Below are positions 1 through 9,808 of a stretch of DNA of 64,000 bases, in pieces. Position 1 is the stretch's first letter; every line of letters starts with the position of its first letter. Position numbers and translations under genes: made by a program. The stretch is from NCBI GenBank assembly GCA_045647405.1, contig JAZRMI010000007.1, positions 31,895 to 95,894 of the forward strand, given 5' to 3'. The stretch is from Acutalibacteraceae bacterium (lineage in GTDB: Bacteria > Bacillota > Clostridia > Oscillospirales > Acutalibacteraceae). The notes below the pieces were generated by a model. It searched no databases. It had not been told where the DNA came from and saw only the letters and a list, made by a program, of their open reading frames with translations.

Positions 1-1399
1 TCTCCTGTAAAACGATACCTAAAGAACGGCGCAAATCAGATTTCTTGATTTTATTGATATTTATACCGTCATATCTGATTTTACCGTCAGCGATATCATA
101 AAAACGGTTAATAAGATTTGTTATAGTGGTCTTACCCGCTCCCGTAGCACCAACAAAAGCAACCTTTTGACCAGGTTCAGCATAAAGGCTTATATCGTGT
201 AAAACTTCTTTACCCTCTTCATAACCGAAGTCAACATTAACCATCCTCACGTCACCTTTAAGTTCTGTATAAGTGAGGCTTCCGTCATTATGAGGATGTT
301 TCCAAGCCCATACGCCTGTACGCTCATCGGTCTCGGTCAAATTTCCGTTACTGTCAACCTTAGCGTTAACAAGTGTAACATAGCCGTCATCAGTTTCAGG
401 CTCAGAATCCATCAAGCCAAAAACTCTCTCAGCGCCTGCAAGACCCATTACAATAGAGTTTATCTGTTGGGACACCTGATTAATATTTCCTGTAAACTGT
501 TTGGTCATATTAAGGAACGGAATTACAATACTGATATTAAATGCCATTCCCGAAATGCTGAAATTAGGAATATCCGATAATAAAAACAATCCACCGACAG
601 TAGCGATTATTACATAAAGTATATTACCGATATTCATATTAATCGGACCTAAAAGATTAGCATAAGCGTGGGCTCTTTTGCTGTCTTCAAAGAGTTCATT
701 ATTAACCTTATCGAAATCAATTTGGCTCTGTTTTTCGTGACAGAAAACCTTTATAACTTTCTGTCCATTCATCATTTCCTGAATAAAGCCCTCTGTCTTA
801 CCGATGGCTTTTTGCTGACGCATAAAATATTTTGCAGAACCGCCGCCCACAATTTTTGTTATATAAAACAGAAGAAATACGCCGAAAACTACAATCAATG
901 TTATCCAAACACTATACCAAAGCATAATCGCAAATACCGAAATTACAATAATTCCCGACTGCAACAACGCAGGTATAGACTGTGAAACCAACTGACGAAG
1001 TGCATCAATATCATTGGTGTAATGACTCATAATATCGCCGTGCTTATTAGAGTCAAAATACTTTATCGGTAAGTTTTGCATACCGTCAAAAAGTGTTTTT
1101 CGCATTTTACCCAAGAAGCCTTGAGTTATATATGCCATAAGTTGTGTATGGGCAAATACCGCCAATAACGATATAACATACAGCGAAGCCAAAATAATTA
1201 TTTTAGGAATAATTATTTCTTTTGCAGATGCCCAGTCACGAGAGATATACCAGTCTTCAATCGAGGCTATTATCTGCTGATTGAATATTGCAGGCAATGT
1301 TGCAACTATTGCCGAAAAGACAATGCAGAATATCGCAACAGGCAACAACACAGGATAATATCCAAATAACATTTTAATCAAGCGTTTGAAAGCCGACAT
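1..1399 (-). CDS. ABC transporter permease/ATP-binding protein, partial (3' end lies beyond the window edge); likely heterodimer partner of the next gene
   Basis: Not in the ORF track because it runs off the window. Manual minus-strand translation from ATG at 1399 gives MSAFKRLIKMLFGYYPVLLPVAIFCIVFSAIV..., a hydrophobic TM half, then Walker A GATGAGKTT (around nt 130-160). An in-frame GTG at 1474 is an alternative start overlapping the upstream stop. Confidence 0.8.
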   Translation of the reverse strand, partial: MSAFKRLIKMLFGYYPVLLPVAIFCIVFSAIVATLPAIFNQQIIASIEDWYISRDWASAKEIIIPKIIILASLYVISLLAVFAHTQLMAYITQGFLGKMRKTLFDGMQNLPIKYFDSNKHGDIMSHYTNDIDALRQLVSQSIPALLQSGIIVISVFAIMLWYSVWITLIVVFGVFLLFYITKIVGGGSAKYFMRQQKAIGKTEGFIQEMMNGQKVIKVFCHEKQSQIDFDKVNNELFEDSKRAHAYANLLGPINMNIGNILYVIIATVGGLFLLSDIPNFSISGMAFNISIVIPFLNMTKQFTGNINQVSQQINSIVMGLAGAERVFGLMDSEPETDDGYVTLVNAKVDSNGNLTETDERTGVWAWKHPHNDGSLTYTELKGDVRMVNVDFGYEEGKEVLHDISLYAEPGQKVAFVGATGAGKTTITNLINRFYDIADGKIRYDGININKIKKSDLRRSLGIVLQE

Positions 1400-1460
1400 A
1401 TTAAATTTACGCTTTGGCGGCGGTCCGCTCGGAACACCTTTTTGAGATACCGCTTTATAA

Positions 1461-3209
1461 TTAGGAGTTCTCACTGCTGTCACCTCCGTTTGTTTGCTGT
1501 TCGTATACTTCACGGTAAATTTCACTTGAATTTAGCAATTCTTCGTGTTTGCCAATACTTTCAATTTTACCGTTTTCCATTACAATAATCAAATCTGCAT
1601 CCTCAACAGAAGCAATTCTTTGAGCAATGATAATCTTTGTAGTTTCGGGTATAAACTTTTTAAAGCCCGACCTTATAAACGCATCAGTCTTGGTGTCAAC
1701 TGCGCTCGTAGAATCGTCTAAAATAAGAATCTTAGGCTTTTTAAGCAATGCCCTTGCGATACAAAGCCTCTGCTTTTGTCCGCCAGAAACATTAGTACCG
1801 CCCTGTTCGATATATGTGTCATATCCATCAGGAAAACTCGAAACAAATTCATCAGCCTGTGCTAATTTACAGGCTTCAATCAATTCTTCATCGGTTGCAT
1901 TTTCATTACCCCAACGAAGATTTTCTTTAATTGTTCCTGAAAAGAGTTGATTTTTCTGTAAAACCATTGCAACCGCATCACGAAGGGTCTTAATATCATA
2001 TTTTCTGACATCAACACCGCCTACGGTAACCTCACCCTCGGTAACATCATAAAGACGAGGTATCAACTGCACCAACGAAGATTTACTCGAACCTGTACCA
2101 CCGATAATACCTACCGTCATACCTGAACGAATTTCCAAATTGATATTTTCAAGCGCAAAACGCTTTGCATCTTTATTATACTTAAAAGACACATCATTAA
2201 AACTAATCGAACCGTCACTAACTGTCTCAACCGGATTTTCGGGGTTTTTGAGATTTGGTTCTTCTTTTAATACTTCGCAAATTCGTTTCATTGATTCTAA
2301 TGATATTGTAATCATTACATAAATCATTGAAAGCATCATAAGTGACATCAATATCTGCACACCGTAGGTAAGCATTGCTGAAATCTGACCGACATCAACC
2401 TTATATCCACCGCTTGTGATAACAAGATAAGAACCTAAAAACAGTATCACAACCGTATTAAAATACATACAGAACTGCATTATAGGTGTGTTTAATGCAA
2501 CGATACGCTCTGCTTTTGTGAAATCTTCGGTTATACCGTCAGCCGCCTTGCCGAATTTTTTCTTTTCATATTCTTCACGGGAAAAGCCCTTTACCACACG
2601 CATTGCCCTTACATTTTCTTCAATAGACTCATTGAGACGGTCATATTTTTTGAAAACTCTTCTGAAAGCAGGCATTGCCTTTTGGCTTACAAAAAATAAT
2701 CCAAACAATAAAACAGGAATAACCACAACAAATGATGTTGCAAGCGCACCACCCATTGTATATGCCATTATTATTGAAAAAATAAACATCATTGGACTTC
2801 TGATTGCAGTACGAATTATCATCATATAAGACATCTGCACATGAGTTATATCAGTAGTAAGTCTTGTCACAAGCGAAGTAGCAGAGAATTTATCAATATT
2901 AGAAAAAGAAAAATTCTGAATATTTCTAAACATATCGCTACGCAAGTTTTTAGCAAAACCCGAAGATGCTTTTGCACAGGTTACCGCCGCAATACCACCG
3001 CAACAAAGCGAAACCAATGCCATAAGGATAAGTATAAGTCCTGTTTTCACAACATCTACCATTGGAGCATTAGCCTTTATACTGTTTACGAGGTCTGCCG
3101 TAAAGAACGGTATAAGCACCTCAATTATTACTTCACCCATAATAAAAATAAGGGTTAAAATCGAAGGAAGTTTATATTCCCTAATGCTTTTTGCTAAAGT
3201 TTTAATCAT
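1461..3209 (-). CDS. ABC transporter permease/ATP-binding protein (type I exporter, multidrug/lipid-export-like)
   Basis: 582 aa. N-terminal 6-TM-like domain, Walker A GGTGSSKSS, ABC signature VSGGQKQR, Walker B ILILDDSTS. Confidence 0.9.
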   Translation of the reverse strand: MIKTLAKSIREYKLPSILTLIFIMGEVIIEVLIPFFTADLVNSIKANAPMVDVVKTGLILILMALVSLCCGGIAAVTCAKASSGFAKNLRSDMFRNIQNFSFSNIDKFSATSLVTRLTTDITHVQMSYMMIIRTAIRSPMMFIFSIIMAYTMGGALATSFVVVIPVLLFGLFFVSQKAMPAFRRVFKKYDRLNESIEENVRAMRVVKGFSREEYEKKKFGKAADGITEDFTKAERIVALNTPIMQFCMYFNTVVILFLGSYLVITSGGYKVDVGQISAMLTYGVQILMSLMMLSMIYVMITISLESMKRICEVLKEEPNLKNPENPVETVSDGSISFNDVSFKYNKDAKRFALENINLEIRSGMTVGIIGGTGSSKSSLVQLIPRLYDVTEGEVTVGGVDVRKYDIKTLRDAVAMVLQKNQLFSGTIKENLRWGNENATDEELIEACKLAQADEFVSSFPDGYDTYIEQGGTNVSGGQKQRLCIARALLKKPKILILDDSTSAVDTKTDAFIRSGFKKFIPETTKIIIAQRIASVEDADLIIVMENGKIESIGKHEELLNSSEIYREVYEQQTNGGDSSENS

Positions 3210-3648
3210 TGTTTTCCTCCATATTTGCCGAGAGTTTCTTTAAAGTGTTCAAAAAGGAATCTATTTCCTCTTCAGAAATACCTTTTCTTAAAATTTTTTC
3301 ACGCCGTTCAATATCGGCTATAATATTTTTATGAATTTTGATTGCTTTTTCGGTTAAAACAATCTTTTTAAGGCGTGCATCATAAGAGACACTTTTTCTT
3401 TCAATAAAGCCATTTTGCTCCATTGTTTTCAAAATACTGCTCGCCGTAGAACGCCTTATAGAAAATTCCGCCTCAAAATCCCTTTGAAATATATCTTTTT
3501 CCCTATTTTCAAAAAAATACGAAATAGCCCATCCGTTAATCCCCTTCGGAAGAACTAAACCCATTCTATTTCGGCTTTTCTCAACATCACGCTTTATAAG
3601 GTTTGATAACATACGAATTTTAAAGCCTATATCTTTTCGTTCTTGCAT
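3202..3648 (-). CDS. MarR-family transcriptional regulator
   Basis: 148 aa with a winged-helix core (STASSILKTMEQNGFIERK). Its stop overlaps the ABC gene start by 8 nt, consistent with a regulator-first operon. Confidence 0.8.
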   Translation of the reverse strand: MQERKDIGFKIRMLSNLIKRDVEKSRNRMGLVLPKGINGWAISYFFENREKDIFQRDFEAEFSIRRSTASSILKTMEQNGFIERKSVSYDARLKKIVLTEKAIKIHKNIIADIERREKILRKGISEEEIDSFLNTLKKLSANMEENND

Positions 3649-3733
3649 AATTCACCCCTTAAAAAATGTTAGCACCCTAACATTATAATTTACCAAATCC
3701 CCCTTGTCAATCCCTTAAATGTTAAAAAACTGT

Positions 3734-3769
3734 GAAAAAATAAAGTTCTCTGTTTTAACAGAGAACTTT
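3734..3769 (-). terminator. Rho-independent terminator downstream of the transketolase genes
   Basis: Minus strand reads aaagttctctgtt-aaaa-cagagaacttt followed by attttttc. Confidence 0.7.
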
Positions 3770-3776
3770 AATATAT

Positions 3777-4721
3777 TTATTTCATAGAAATTGCTTTTTT
3801 AGCCTTTTCAACGATATTTACAGCACGCAAACCAAACTCATCAAGAAGTTTCGCAGCAGGGCCTGAATGACCGAAAACATCATTAACACCGAGTTTCACA
3901 ACAGGAACAGGTTTTTCTTCTGCGAGATACTCACTTACAGCACTTCCAAGACCGCCGATTACTGAATGTTCTTCAGCAGTAACTATAGCACCTGTTTCAC
4001 AAGCGGCTTTAAGTATGATTTCCTTATCGAGCGGTTTAATGGTTGCAATATTAATAACCCTTGCGGAAATACCCTCTTCTTTTAACATATCGTGTGCTAT
4101 AAGCGCCTCATTAACCATAAGACCTGTTGCAACGATTGTAACATCGCTGCCCTCTCTTAACAATGCACCTTTTCCGATTTCAAACTTATAGTCATCACCG
4201 AAAACAACAGGTACTGCAAGTCTTCCAAAACGAAGATAAACCGGACCATCGTGTTCTAAAGCGGCACGCACCGCCAATTTTGCCTCTGTATCATCAGCAG
4301 GGTTTATAATAGTCATACCAGGGATTGCTCTCATTAAAGCAATATCTTCATTACATTGGTGTGTTGCGCCGTCTTCACCGACAGAAATACCTGCGTGTGT
4401 TGCGCCGATAATAACATTAAGATGCGGATAACCGATAGAATTTCTTATCTGCTCAAAAGCACGGCCTGCCGCAAACATTGCAAACGAACTGCAAAATACC
4501 TTTTTACCAGTAGCCGCAATACCTGCCGCAATGCTTACCATATTTTGCTCTGCGATACCGCAGTCATAAAATCTATCGGGAAATTCTTTTTTGAATTTAC
4601 CTGTTTGGGTTGCTGCCGCAAGGTCGGCATCCAAAACCACAAAGTCGTCTCTTTCTTTTCCTAAATCAACAAGTGCCTGACCGTAAGATGCTCTTGTTGC
4701 AACTGTTTTAATTTCTGACAT
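3777..4721 (-). CDS. Transketolase, C-terminal (pyrimidine-binding) subunit
   Basis: ASYGQALVDLG...DCGIAEQNMVSIAAG motifs. Start moved to MSEIK (ATG at 4721), which is preceded by AAAGGAG. Confidence 0.9.
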   Translation of the reverse strand: MSEIKTVATRASYGQALVDLGKERDDFVVLDADLAAATQTGKFKKEFPDRFYDCGIAEQNMVSIAAGIAATGKKVFCSSFAMFAAGRAFEQIRNSIGYPHLNVIIGATHAGISVGEDGATHQCNEDIALMRAIPGMTIINPADDTEAKLAVRAALEHDGPVYLRFGRLAVPVVFGDDYKFEIGKGALLREGSDVTIVATGLMVNEALIAHDMLKEEGISARVINIATIKPLDKEIILKAACETGAIVTAEEHSVIGGLGSAVSEYLAEEKPVPVVKLGVNDVFGHSGPAAKLLDEFGLRAVNIVEKAKKAISMK

Positions 4722-4734
4722 ATAAGGCACTCCT

Positions 4735-5571
4735 TTACTGTAATTCACTAAGTATTTTATTGAGGTCGTTCATTGCAATTTCATACTGTTCGTCATTTGG
4801 TGCAGTACCGTGCCAAGCAACAGAGTTTTCCATAAACGACACACCGTTACCTTTAACAGTTTTTGCGATAATTGCAACAGGCTTGTCAACTGTTTCTGCC
4901 TCTTTTAAAGCGGCTTCAATCTGGTCAAAATCGTGACCGTCGATAACGATTGTATGCCAATTAAATGCCTCAAACTTTTTATCAATAGGAGCAGCCGAAT
5001 TTACTTCTTCAATAGTACCGTCAATCTGCAAATTATTATAATCCACAAATGCAATAAGATTTGAAAGGTTTTTATTACCTGCAAACATTGCGGCTTCCCA
5101 AACCTGACCTTCTTCAAGTTCTCCATCACCTAAAAGTGTGTAAACTTTATAGTCATCACCGAAATGTTTTGCCGATAAAGCCATACCAACTGCACAGGAA
5201 ATACCCTGTCCGAGCGAGCCTGAAGACATATCAACGCCGGGTATATATTTCATATCGGGGTGACCTTGCAGAATACTGCCGATTTGACGAAGTGTTTTCA
5301 AAAGTTCAACATCAAAAAATCCTCTCAAAGCAAGAACAGAATAAAGTGCAGGCGCACAATGTCCTTTAGAAAGAACAAATCTGTCTCTGTCAGCCTTCTT
5401 TGGATTTTTCGGGTCAATGTTCATATGTTCGAAATACAAATATGTAAGTATATCAGTGCACGAAAGCGAACCGCCGGGATGTCCTGCCTTAGCACTATGA
5501 ACTCCCTCTATAACACCCATTCTTACCTTGCAAGCCGTAATCTGTAATTCTTTTTTCTTTGCGACTTCCAT
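4735..5571 (-). CDS. Transketolase, N-terminal (TPP-binding) subunit
   Basis: GHPGGSLSCTDILTYLYF and GDGELEEGQVWEA motifs. Sits directly upstream of the C-terminal subunit. Confidence 0.9.
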   Translation of the reverse strand: MEVAKKKELQITACKVRMGVIEGVHSAKAGHPGGSLSCTDILTYLYFEHMNIDPKNPKKADRDRFVLSKGHCAPALYSVLALRGFFDVELLKTLRQIGSILQGHPDMKYIPGVDMSSGSLGQGISCAVGMALSAKHFGDDYKVYTLLGDGELEEGQVWEAAMFAGNKNLSNLIAFVDYNNLQIDGTIEEVNSAAPIDKKFEAFNWHTIVIDGHDFDQIEAALKEAETVDKPVAIIAKTVKGNGVSFMENSVAWHGTAPNDEQYEIAMNDLNKILSELQ

Positions 5572-5584
5572 TCTATCAATCCTT

Positions 5585-6421
5585 TCAAATATATTTGTGT
5601 ATTTGGGTTAAATAATTAATAAACTGAGCCACCGCACCGTCTTTACACTCACACGAAACAAAATCGGCTATCGCCTTAATATCGTCGGGTGAGCCTTTTG
5701 GAACTGCGCTGATATCAGCATTTTTTAACATTTCTAAATCGTTATAATAGTCACCTATTGCATAAAAACAACCGTCTTTAATATTTAAAATACGGCAAAG
5801 TTCTTTAATCGCAGATGCCTTTGAAACACCAACGGGAATCTGTTCGAAATAATTTCTCTTTTTGCCCTCTAAAACTGCGGCAGTGGCAATGAAACTTGAA
5901 TTATTCGGAAACTGAGAAACCATTCGTCTTAAAACTTCATAATCTTTCTCGTCTTCCAAAGCAAACAAGACTTTATTCCACTCTAAATCGCAAATTTCCT
6001 CGAATGAAACCAATGTGGTTTCTAAATTTTCATACCTTTGGTGTGCATCGCTTTCATGATTGCGTTTAAGGGTGAATACCCTGTTACCACAATGTATCTC
6101 AATGCCAACAGAAAGTCCGCTATCTAAAACAAATTTTGCAAATTTATTATCGGGTTTTGGAATAAACTTCTGATAAAGAATTTTCGATTTATCATAATCA
6201 TAAATCATACAACCGTTAGCCACAACCGACGGCGAAATTCTCAAAAGCGCATCAGTTACAGAACTTATAGCCCCCACACTTCTACCCGTTGATATCGAAA
6301 AGGCACCGCCTTGTGACATAAAATACTCAATTTTTTCTATGTTGCAAGGATTTATATATCCGTTTTCCATCAATGTGCCGTCAACATCGCAAGCCAAAAG
6401 ACAGCCGTCAAAAATGCCCAT
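5585..6421 (-). CDS. Cof-type HAD-IIB family hydrolase (sugar-phosphatase-like)
   Basis: DVDGTL motif I near the N-terminus and GDYYNDLEM motif IV. Confidence 0.75.
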   Translation of the reverse strand: MGIFDGCLLACDVDGTLMENGYINPCNIEKIEYFMSQGGAFSISTGRSVGAISSVTDALLRISPSVVANGCMIYDYDKSKILYQKFIPKPDNKFAKFVLDSGLSVGIEIHCGNRVFTLKRNHESDAHQRYENLETTLVSFEEICDLEWNKVLFALEDEKDYEVLRRMVSQFPNNSSFIATAAVLEGKKRNYFEQIPVGVSKASAIKELCRILNIKDGCFYAIGDYYNDLEMLKNADISAVPKGSPDDIKAIADFVSCECKDGAVAQFINYLTQIHKYI

Positions 6422-6424
6422 TAT

Positions 6425-7330
6425 CTACCGTAGCCCCTTTAAAAAATTCACAAAATAATCAGGCAACTGTGAATCAAATTCAAGATACTGATTAGTCTTA
6501 GGATGAACAAATCCAATCTTTTTAGCGTGCAAACACTGCCCATTCAAAGAGGTTATCACCTTTTTAGGACCGTAAACATCGTCACCCGCAACAGCGTGAC
6601 CGAGGTAAGCCATATGCACCCTTATCTGATGCGTTCTTCCCGTTTCTAACTTTAATTTTATATGTGTAAAATTCCCAAAACGCTCTAAAACTTCATAATG
6701 CGTTACAGCGTCTTTTGAATTGTTTTGTGTAACCGCCATTTGCTTGCGCTTAATTGGATGTCTTCCAATGGGCGCATTAACTGTACCGCAATCGGTCTTT
6801 ATATTACCGTAAACCACCGCTTCGTATTCACGGGTAAAAGAATGTTCCTTAATCTGCTGCGCCAAACTGTTATGAGCTGTATCATTTTTTGCAACCATTA
6901 AAAGTCCGCTTGTGTTTTTATCAATACGGTGAACTATACCCGGTCGCATAACCCCGTTTATACCCGAAAGCGAATCACCGCAATGGTGCATCAAGGCATT
7001 TACGAGAGTTCCGTCATAATTGCCTGAAGCTGGGTGAACAACCATACCCTTAGGTTTATTCACCACAAGCAAATCTTCGTCTTCATAAACAATATCAAGC
7101 GGAATATCTTCCGCTTTTATATCGTAAGAAACGGGGTCAGGCAAAGTAACACTTACCTCATCCCCTATTTGAAGTTTATCATTTTTTACCGCAACATTAC
7201 CGCCGATTAACACAAAACCGTCTTCAATAAGTTTTGCCGCACGTGAGCGAGTTATATCAGCAATCTGCGCCACAAAAACATCTACACGCAACTTTTGCGG
7301 ATTTGAATATACTTCCTCAATTTTCTTCAT
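6425..7330 (-). CDS. rluD: RluA-family 23S rRNA pseudouridine synthase (RluD-like)
   Basis: S4 domain followed by the HRIDKNTSGLL catalytic motif. The ORF-track N-terminus (30 extra aa) overlaps lspA, so I prefer the start at MKKIEEV. Confidence 0.85.
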   Translation of the reverse strand: MKKIEEVYSNPQKLRVDVFVAQIADITRSRAAKLIEDGFVLIGGNVAVKNDKLQIGDEVSVTLPDPVSYDIKAEDIPLDIVYEDEDLLVVNKPKGMVVHPASGNYDGTLVNALMHHCGDSLSGINGVMRPGIVHRIDKNTSGLLMVAKNDTAHNSLAQQIKEHSFTREYEAVVYGNIKTDCGTVNAPIGRHPIKRKQMAVTQNNSKDAVTHYEVLERFGNFTHIKLKLETGRTHQIRVHMAYLGHAVAGDDVYGPKKVITSLNGQCLHAKKIGFVHPKTNQYLEFDSQLPDYFVNFLKGLR

Positions 7331-7835
7331 TATTCTGCACATGAGATAAATATTTTGCTTTCTTTGCCTTTGAATCATTAATGCAATCGTAAATGAAATA
7401 CAAAAGCAACAATCCCGCACCTATTACAACAGCACAATCGGCAATATTGAAAACAGGAAACTGTGGATAAAATTCAAAATGAAGAAAATCAACAACATTA
7501 CCGTCACGAAAAATGCGGTCAATAAGATTTCCTATGCCGCCAAACATTATAAGAGTGACCGACCAGAAAACCAACTTGTTGCTTTTTCCTAATTTTAAAA
7601 GCAAAGCCAAACAGATTATCATCAAAACAACGCTTATTGCAAGCAATCCCCAAGTATGACCTTGCAAGATTCCCCAAGCGCCGCCCTTATTATGAATATA
7701 AATTAAATCAATAAAACCGTTTAAAAACTCTCTCGATTCACCCAACTGAAAGTTGGTTGAAACAAAATATTTAGTGTATTGGTCTGCGGCTAAAAACAAA
7801 ACACCGCAAAAAACCGCCAATATATAAGAAATCAA
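7317..7835 (-). CDS. lspA: Lipoprotein signal peptidase II
   Basis: About 170 aa with 4 TM segments; IHNKGGAWG and FNIADCAVVIG motifs. Confidence 0.9.
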   Translation of the reverse strand: MISYILAVFCGVLFLAADQYTKYFVSTNFQLGESREFLNGFIDLIYIHNKGGAWGILQGHTWGLLAISVVLMIICLALLLKLGKSNKLVFWSVTLIMFGGIGNLIDRIFRDGNVVDFLHFEFYPQFPVFNIADCAVVIGAGLLLLYFIYDCINDSKAKKAKYLSHVQNNEEN

Positions 7836-7858
7836 GAAAACTTACCTCCAAAGAATTA

Positions 7859-8578
7859 TTATTCTTGCATTTCGTGATTATCAACTGAAATTCCGTCAGT
7901 TTCTTCTTCAAACGAAGGCTTTTCATTATTTTTAACGATAAAATCTTCAGGTTCGGGCAATTTATCAATCTTAGCAGAAATAACCTCAGCCATCTGCTTA
8001 GGGTCCATCTGAACAGTATCAGGAATATCCTGTAAAATACCAAGATGCTCCTTATATTTTGCAGTAATTGCAGACTTAAATGCCGCAATTTCCAATTTTA
8101 ATTTATCAAATAGAACCTGCTGTCTTTGAACGCTGTCTTCTGCGGCAGCGGTAATACTCTGAGCCTTTAACTCAGCATTCTTAATCATTGTTTCAAGTTC
8201 TTTTTCGAGCGCTGACTTACGTTCTTGCGCTTTAATTTCGAAAGCAGTAGCAAGTTCTTTCTCCTGTGCTGTTATAACCGAAATATTACTTTCAGCATTC
8301 CGGATTATTTCTCCACTCTTTTCCTTTGCTTCGTTTACAATCTGGTCTGCAAGTTTTTGAGCGCTTAAAAGCACATTCTGTATACTATTTTGAGAATTTT
8401 TATAATTTTCAATCTGAGATTCCAAATCTTCCACTTTGGATTGATACTGTTTCATCATTTGCTCAAATTGAAGATAATCCGCCTCAACTCTGTCTAAGAA
8501 AATATCAACCTCTTCGGGTTTGAAACCGCCCATAGACTTAGAAAATGTAATATTTTTAATATCTGCACTATTAAGCAT
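7859..8578 (-). CDS. divIVA: DivIVA-domain cell-division protein
   Basis: N-terminus ADIKNITFSKSMGGFKPEEVDIFLDRV followed by a long coiled coil. Confidence 0.85.
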   Translation of the reverse strand: MLNSADIKNITFSKSMGGFKPEEVDIFLDRVEADYLQFEQMMKQYQSKVEDLESQIENYKNSQNSIQNVLLSAQKLADQIVNEAKEKSGEIIRNAESNISVITAQEKELATAFEIKAQERKSALEKELETMIKNAELKAQSITAAAEDSVQRQQVLFDKLKLEIAAFKSAITAKYKEHLGILQDIPDTVQMDPKQMAEVISAKIDKLPEPEDFIVKNNEKPSFEEETDGISVDNHEMQE

Positions 8579-8588
8579 AAACGCCCTC

Positions 8589-9323
8589 CTAAGAATATTT
8601 TTTAAATTCTAAAATAATTCTTTCCTTCTTTGTTCTGCCTGCAAGGGATGAGATAATAAACTTACCCTTTCCTCTTACCGTTATGATATCACCCTCACAA
8701 ACAGTTTTAGTTAACTTCTGGCAAACCACTGAATTAACCGAAACAAAGCCATTTAAAATCAATTCGTTTGCAGTATTTCTTGATATCAACGCCAATGATG
8801 ACACTATACAATCAAGCCTTGCAGATGCAATAGTATCAGTTTTTTCAACCAGTTTATCTATCTCAGGCAAGGGAGAAGAAAACCCCTCACTGACAGTAAC
8901 GCCTGTTCTTCCAATTTTACTCACATTATTGAGAATAAAATCTTTAATATCGTCTAAAACGAAAACAACCGCTCTGCCGCTTTCAACAAGGATATCTCCC
9001 ACAGTTTCACGGGCAATCCCAAGCGACATCAACGCTCCCAAAAAATCACGGTGGCGAAGTAAATCGGTTTTTCTGAATGTGAATGTCAATGCAGTTATCG
9101 GAAAATCCACATCGTCCATCCAATCAGGCAAACATCCGATTACAACCCTTTGCGCCGAATCAAAACCGCCGAACAATCGGTATTTTGCATTTTTGTTTTG
9201 CAAAAATTTGTCTGCTAAAACGGCTTCTTCCTGAGAAACAAACCCTAAAAACTTTGGTTTCTCAGAACGGTTACAAATAGTTAAAGTATCTTCAATACGG
9301 GCAAGAAAAATCTTACTATCCAT
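8589..9323 (-). CDS. ylmH: YlmH-like RNA-binding (S4-domain) protein
   Basis: C-terminal S4-like segment (RLDCIVSSLALISRNTANELILNGFVSVN) and its position between sepF and divIVA. Confidence 0.75.
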   Translation of the reverse strand: MDSKIFLARIEDTLTICNRSEKPKFLGFVSQEEAVLADKFLQNKNAKYRLFGGFDSAQRVVIGCLPDWMDDVDFPITALTFTFRKTDLLRHRDFLGALMSLGIARETVGDILVESGRAVVFVLDDIKDFILNNVSKIGRTGVTVSEGFSSPLPEIDKLVEKTDTIASARLDCIVSSLALISRNTANELILNGFVSVNSVVCQKLTKTVCEGDIITVRGKGKFIISSLAGRTKKERIILEFKKYS

Positions 9324-9787
9324 TAAAAATACATACGGCCGTCATCAAATTCTTCAAGCGAAAGCTCGCCCATAACATCAACATCTGTAGGAACGATAAT
9401 AAATGTTGAAATTGCAACCTTGCGGATATTACCGTGATTTGCATAAGCAACACCGCTCAAAAAGTCAATAATTCTTCTTGAAACATCACGGTCGCACGCT
9501 TCGAGGTTTAAAACAACAGTCTTTTTATCGTTAAGATGGTCTGCAATAGCGCTTACATCTTCAAAACGGTCAGGTTTAACTAGAACAACCTGCATCTGAT
9601 TTTGATTGAAGTTTACAGTTTTGGATTTTCCGCCGCCTAAAACACGGGGTGTGGTTTCACGCTTTGCGGGTGCAGGTTCTGACTGGACCTTTTTAGCAGG
9701 CGCTTCCACCACTTCTTCAAATTCATCTTCAAATTCGTCCTCTTCGGGTATACTCATAATGTTTTTAATGCTGTCTAAAATTCCCAT
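9323..9787 (-). CDS. sepF: Cell division protein SepF
   Basis: Acidic/low-complexity N-terminus followed by the SepF core (VVLVKPDRFEDVSAIADHLNDKKTVVLNLE). Confidence 0.9.
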   Translation of the reverse strand: MGILDSIKNIMSIPEEDEFEDEFEEVVEAPAKKVQSEPAPAKRETTPRVLGGGKSKTVNFNQNQMQVVLVKPDRFEDVSAIADHLNDKKTVVLNLEACDRDVSRRIIDFLSGVAYANHGNIRKVAISTFIIVPTDVDVMGELSLEEFDDGRMYF

Positions 9788-9808
9788 TTTATATTCCTCA
9801 CTTTTATA

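Noticed and set aside
7771-8088. 105-aa minus-strand ORF spanning the divIVA/lspA junction.
   Set aside because: It overlaps two well-supported genes in another frame and has no recognisable motif.
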